From Amoebophrya sp. A120 (taxonomy: Eukaryota > Protista > Dinoflagellata), in the NCBI GenBank assembly GCA_905178155.1, contig CAJINV010000014.1, forward strand, positions 502,051 to 566,050: a DNA stretch of 64,000 nucleotides, given 5' to 3'. Below the pieces are notes generated by a model. The model searched no databases, was not told where the DNA came from, and saw nothing but the letters and a program-made list of their open reading frames with translations. A program made the position numbers and the translations under genes. Positions 61,005 through 64,000 of the stretch are shown in pieces. The first letter of the stretch is position 1; every line of letters begins with the position of its first letter.

Positions 61005-63627
61005 TTTCCTTCTTTTTCTAGTGCGAGTGGCTGGAACCTGAAGTGGAACTCAAGGCGTTGGCGTTCTCGTTGTCGTTGTCGTGTTGAGTAGAAAATAAAC
61101 AACGTGCCCGTCGCTGCCGGAAGCCGAAAAAGGGCTTTCGCTTTGCTGCGCTCCTTTGATGGGACAACGCTGCGGCGCTACGCAGAGGAAGTAGACCTAG
61201 ACGTCGAGCCGGTGGAAGTAAAATGCTGCGACGTTGCGGCCCGCTCACCGCTTCGTTTCTTTGTCGTAGCTAAGACTTTTGAGAGCAGCGCAGGTAATGT
61301 TGGTTTTTCAACTTCATCTTCATCTCGTTCTCGGGGGGATCGCTCACAGAAGGATCTGCATCTGTGAGGTCTTGCTTTCTCTGTTGATTATCGTCCGGGA
61401 CACGGGAAGGAGGACGGAGAAGAGCGTGTTAGATGTGCTGCTGGTGAAGGAGCGAGCTGTAAAAAAACGGTATAAAAAAAAATTTCCACTGCTCTCTTCG
61501 GGCATGGAGACCGATGTCGTGCTTGTGGAGGTCGTGACGTGGTGACTAATACATAGTCACGACTTCTGGTGCTGGAATGTCGGGACTGTCGATGCCGGCG
61601 TGGGTCAACAACTAGAAGTGGCACCAGGGGTCCTCGTCGACCTCTAGTACGACTTTTACTTCACGAACAGCACAAATTAAATTGTGAAAAAAAACGGCGA
61701 TTCGAAATATTCAGCACGGACGTGGTCGTACGCAGGTCTTTTTGTCCAGGCTTCTGGGAGCAAGAGGACCTCCACCGCGGGCACCGAGGAAATCGGAATG
61801 ATTTTTCAACGAAGCTCGAGCTCGTCAGGGGACCATTTTTGCTGCCGCGTCGCCAGCATAGTTGTGCTTGTCATTGGTTTTACTCATATTCGCGTTTTTA
61901 CTTCGTTGTGTCGGAGTAGAGTTCACAGATCTTCAAGTAAGGCCGCCGCGCAATCGGTTTAGATTGGTATTGGGAGATGTTGAGAGAGTCTCTAACTTTA
62001 TCTGGTGTAGTGGTCTCTACGGTCTACTATTTTATTATTTGGAAATGGTGAAACACAAACAACTCCCATAAAAACAACCACTACAACTGTGTCGCTTTCT
62101 AGTCGCGCTGTCGCTGGTGCTGTTGATGTTTCGTAAGAATCATTTTCATTGCTGATCGTCTTCGTGCCATGCCATGTGCAAAATTGTTGTCTACATGATT
62201 ACTGGCGCTGCTGGTGCGAAATCTTCAGACATTGTCGCCGTTTCAAGAACTACGAAATCATTGAGAGCAGCATAAGATATTTCTAGACCTGAACCTGTAT
62301 TAACTTGTAACGCCTACTAAAAGCGCACCCGCACGGCAAGAACCCGTGTTGAAGGAGCGTCTATACACTATATTTGCGAAACAAAGAGAAAGAAAAACAT
62401 CAGGAGGAGCACCGCGAGATTTGGTTGTGGTGGCATTTTCTCTTTCAACAACATCAAGTCATTGTCATTTTTGTTTCATCAATGGATTCGCGGCTTAGGA
62501 AGCACTTTGTAAAATTTTCTTCTACAGGTGATTTTTTCGAGCTGTACTATTGCGGAGCGCCGATTCAATAGGAAAATACAAAACAAAAGCAACGGGAAAA
62601 AAAAATTACGAGTTGAAGCACTACGCAGAGAAAACCTGTGCTGTTTTAGATCAAATCTCTTTTGCTTTTCGTTTTCCATTTTGTTTTCCGTAATTTGATT
62701 TTTTTGCGTCTCTCTATCACAGCAGATATTGATATTCTTTCAATTTGGAAAGAGACTAGTTCGAAGATGTCCCGCTGAACTACAACTTTGAGCGTCAAGG
62801 TCACCAGCATGAACAGGCTCCTTTGCAAACAGAAATTCATCTTCTTGTCGGACCCTAAAGCTTCTATTTTTTGGTTGTTCCATCATATTACGACCAAAAG
62901 GCGCGCAGCTGTTTGCGTTTGGCGCCGAAAAAAAAACAACTTTTCTGGAATTTGGTGTGGTGTAGGAGTAGGTGCTATGGATTGTTTCCTCTTGTGTCTT
63001 GATCCACGACATCGACATGTTGCTGTCACTTACTTCTTTGTCACTGACATTGAGTTGACGAACACACGTAGAAGTTGCTCGATTTGTACGGTTCCGCCGC
63101 CTTGGAAGAGCTACAAGAACAGCAGCTGTACGAGAGTACAAATGCTCGGGCGAAAGTGTGGCTTGCCACAACTGCGACCACGAAAATCTTCTCGAGTAGA
63201 CTTTCACTTTACCAAACTTAGAGTTAGAATTGCTCCTGTCTCTGGTTTTTGTTAAAACTTCGTAGTACTTAATACTTCTCGATGGGGGTTGTACCTACTA
63301 TGAAGAGTGCTTGTAGTAAGTATTTGCGCAAACTCCTGAACTTCCAGATGTTGATGGCTTGTTTTTTTGCAACTTGCGATCACAGCACCACTGTCACTAC
63401 TTTAGTACCAGATCATCTCTTCAGAAGATCATGTTGCTGGTGAGCGATTCATGGTTCTTGTTGACCACAAGGTCTTGTAGTAGTCGGTCTCATCGTGCTT
63501 CAGCTTCCTACTTCTGTTTCTTGAGTTCTTGTACTACTACATCAGTGCTACTCACTTTGTATTTGTACTAGTACAAGAAGTTGTACCCAAGAAGTACAAC
63601 TACACATGAAAAATGCAATGGAAATTT

Positions 63628-64000
63628 TCAGCACATCAGCCCCTGTTCCAACTGTTGGATTTTGAAAAAGAGACTTTCGATTTTCTCTTTGGGTAGCATC
63701 CACTTCTCTAAAACCACCTGCCGGATCTTCTCCTCCACAAGCTTCAGCCGGTGTTCCCCCGCTCGTGCGATGTGCTCTTCTCGTCCCTGTTTGTTCTTCT
63801 GCGGGGCGTTTTTAGTTTCACTTTCATCTTCTCCCACGAAGACGTTCTCCGAATCGGACGCCGAACTATTGTTAGCCGACGAGGAAGAACTCGAACTACT
63901 AGTACCGCACGCGGAAGTGGAACCACTAGAGGAGGCCGAGGATGAATTCCGAGGATGATGATGTTCTTGATCGTGCACAACTTCTACTTCGACGTCGTTC
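63628..64000 (-). CDS. Partial exon of a gene running off the window edge
   Basis: Ser-rich ORF 63628-63978 with the same composition as other genes here; boundaries unknown. Confidence 0.45.
   Translation of the reverse strand, partial: NDVEVEVVHDQEHHHPRNSSSASSSGSTSACGTSSSSSSSSANNSSASDSENVFVGEDESETKNAPQKNKQGREEHIARAGEHRLKLVEEKIRQVVLEKWMLPKEKIESLFFKIQQLEQGLMC

Noticed and set aside
61018-63571. ORFs between PPP4R3 and the terminal gene
   Set aside because: No motif, codon bias or consistent exon chain could be established; may include unrecognised exons.
1-64000. Autonomous transposase, rRNA, tRNA or spliced-leader genes
   Set aside because: None recognised by eye; covariance-model and HMM searches would be needed to exclude them.

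Overview
Eukaryotic, gene-dense DNA. It most resembles the parasitic dinoflagellate relative Amoebophrya (Syndiniales); this is inferred from co-oriented genes, low-complexity-rich proteins and invasive non-canonical introns. About ten genes lie on the - strand, including a PP4 regulatory subunit 3 (SMEK), an LMBR1-family protein, an EVE-domain protein, a Cir_N/Slu7-like splicing protein and a ~4,290-aa unknown protein. The ORF track is fragmented because coding sequence is interrupted by about 43 short (108-332 bp) MITE-like elements from at least 11 families. They have terminal inverted repeats, TAT...ATA ends and 5-bp target-site duplications, and removing an element plus one duplication restores the reading frame: they behave as non-GT-AG introner introns. 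Several aged copies look like intermediates toward GT-AG introns. The first ~7.3 kb holds a second, different system. A 33-bp hairpin-forming repeat occurs five times, separated by unrelated 0.65-1.5 kb segments that contain captured genomic gene pieces, and a nearby 35-bp exact direct repeat flanks an insert in the same gene. No transposase, RNA gene or true CRISPR array was recognised. All splice models were built by hand and need RNA-seq.
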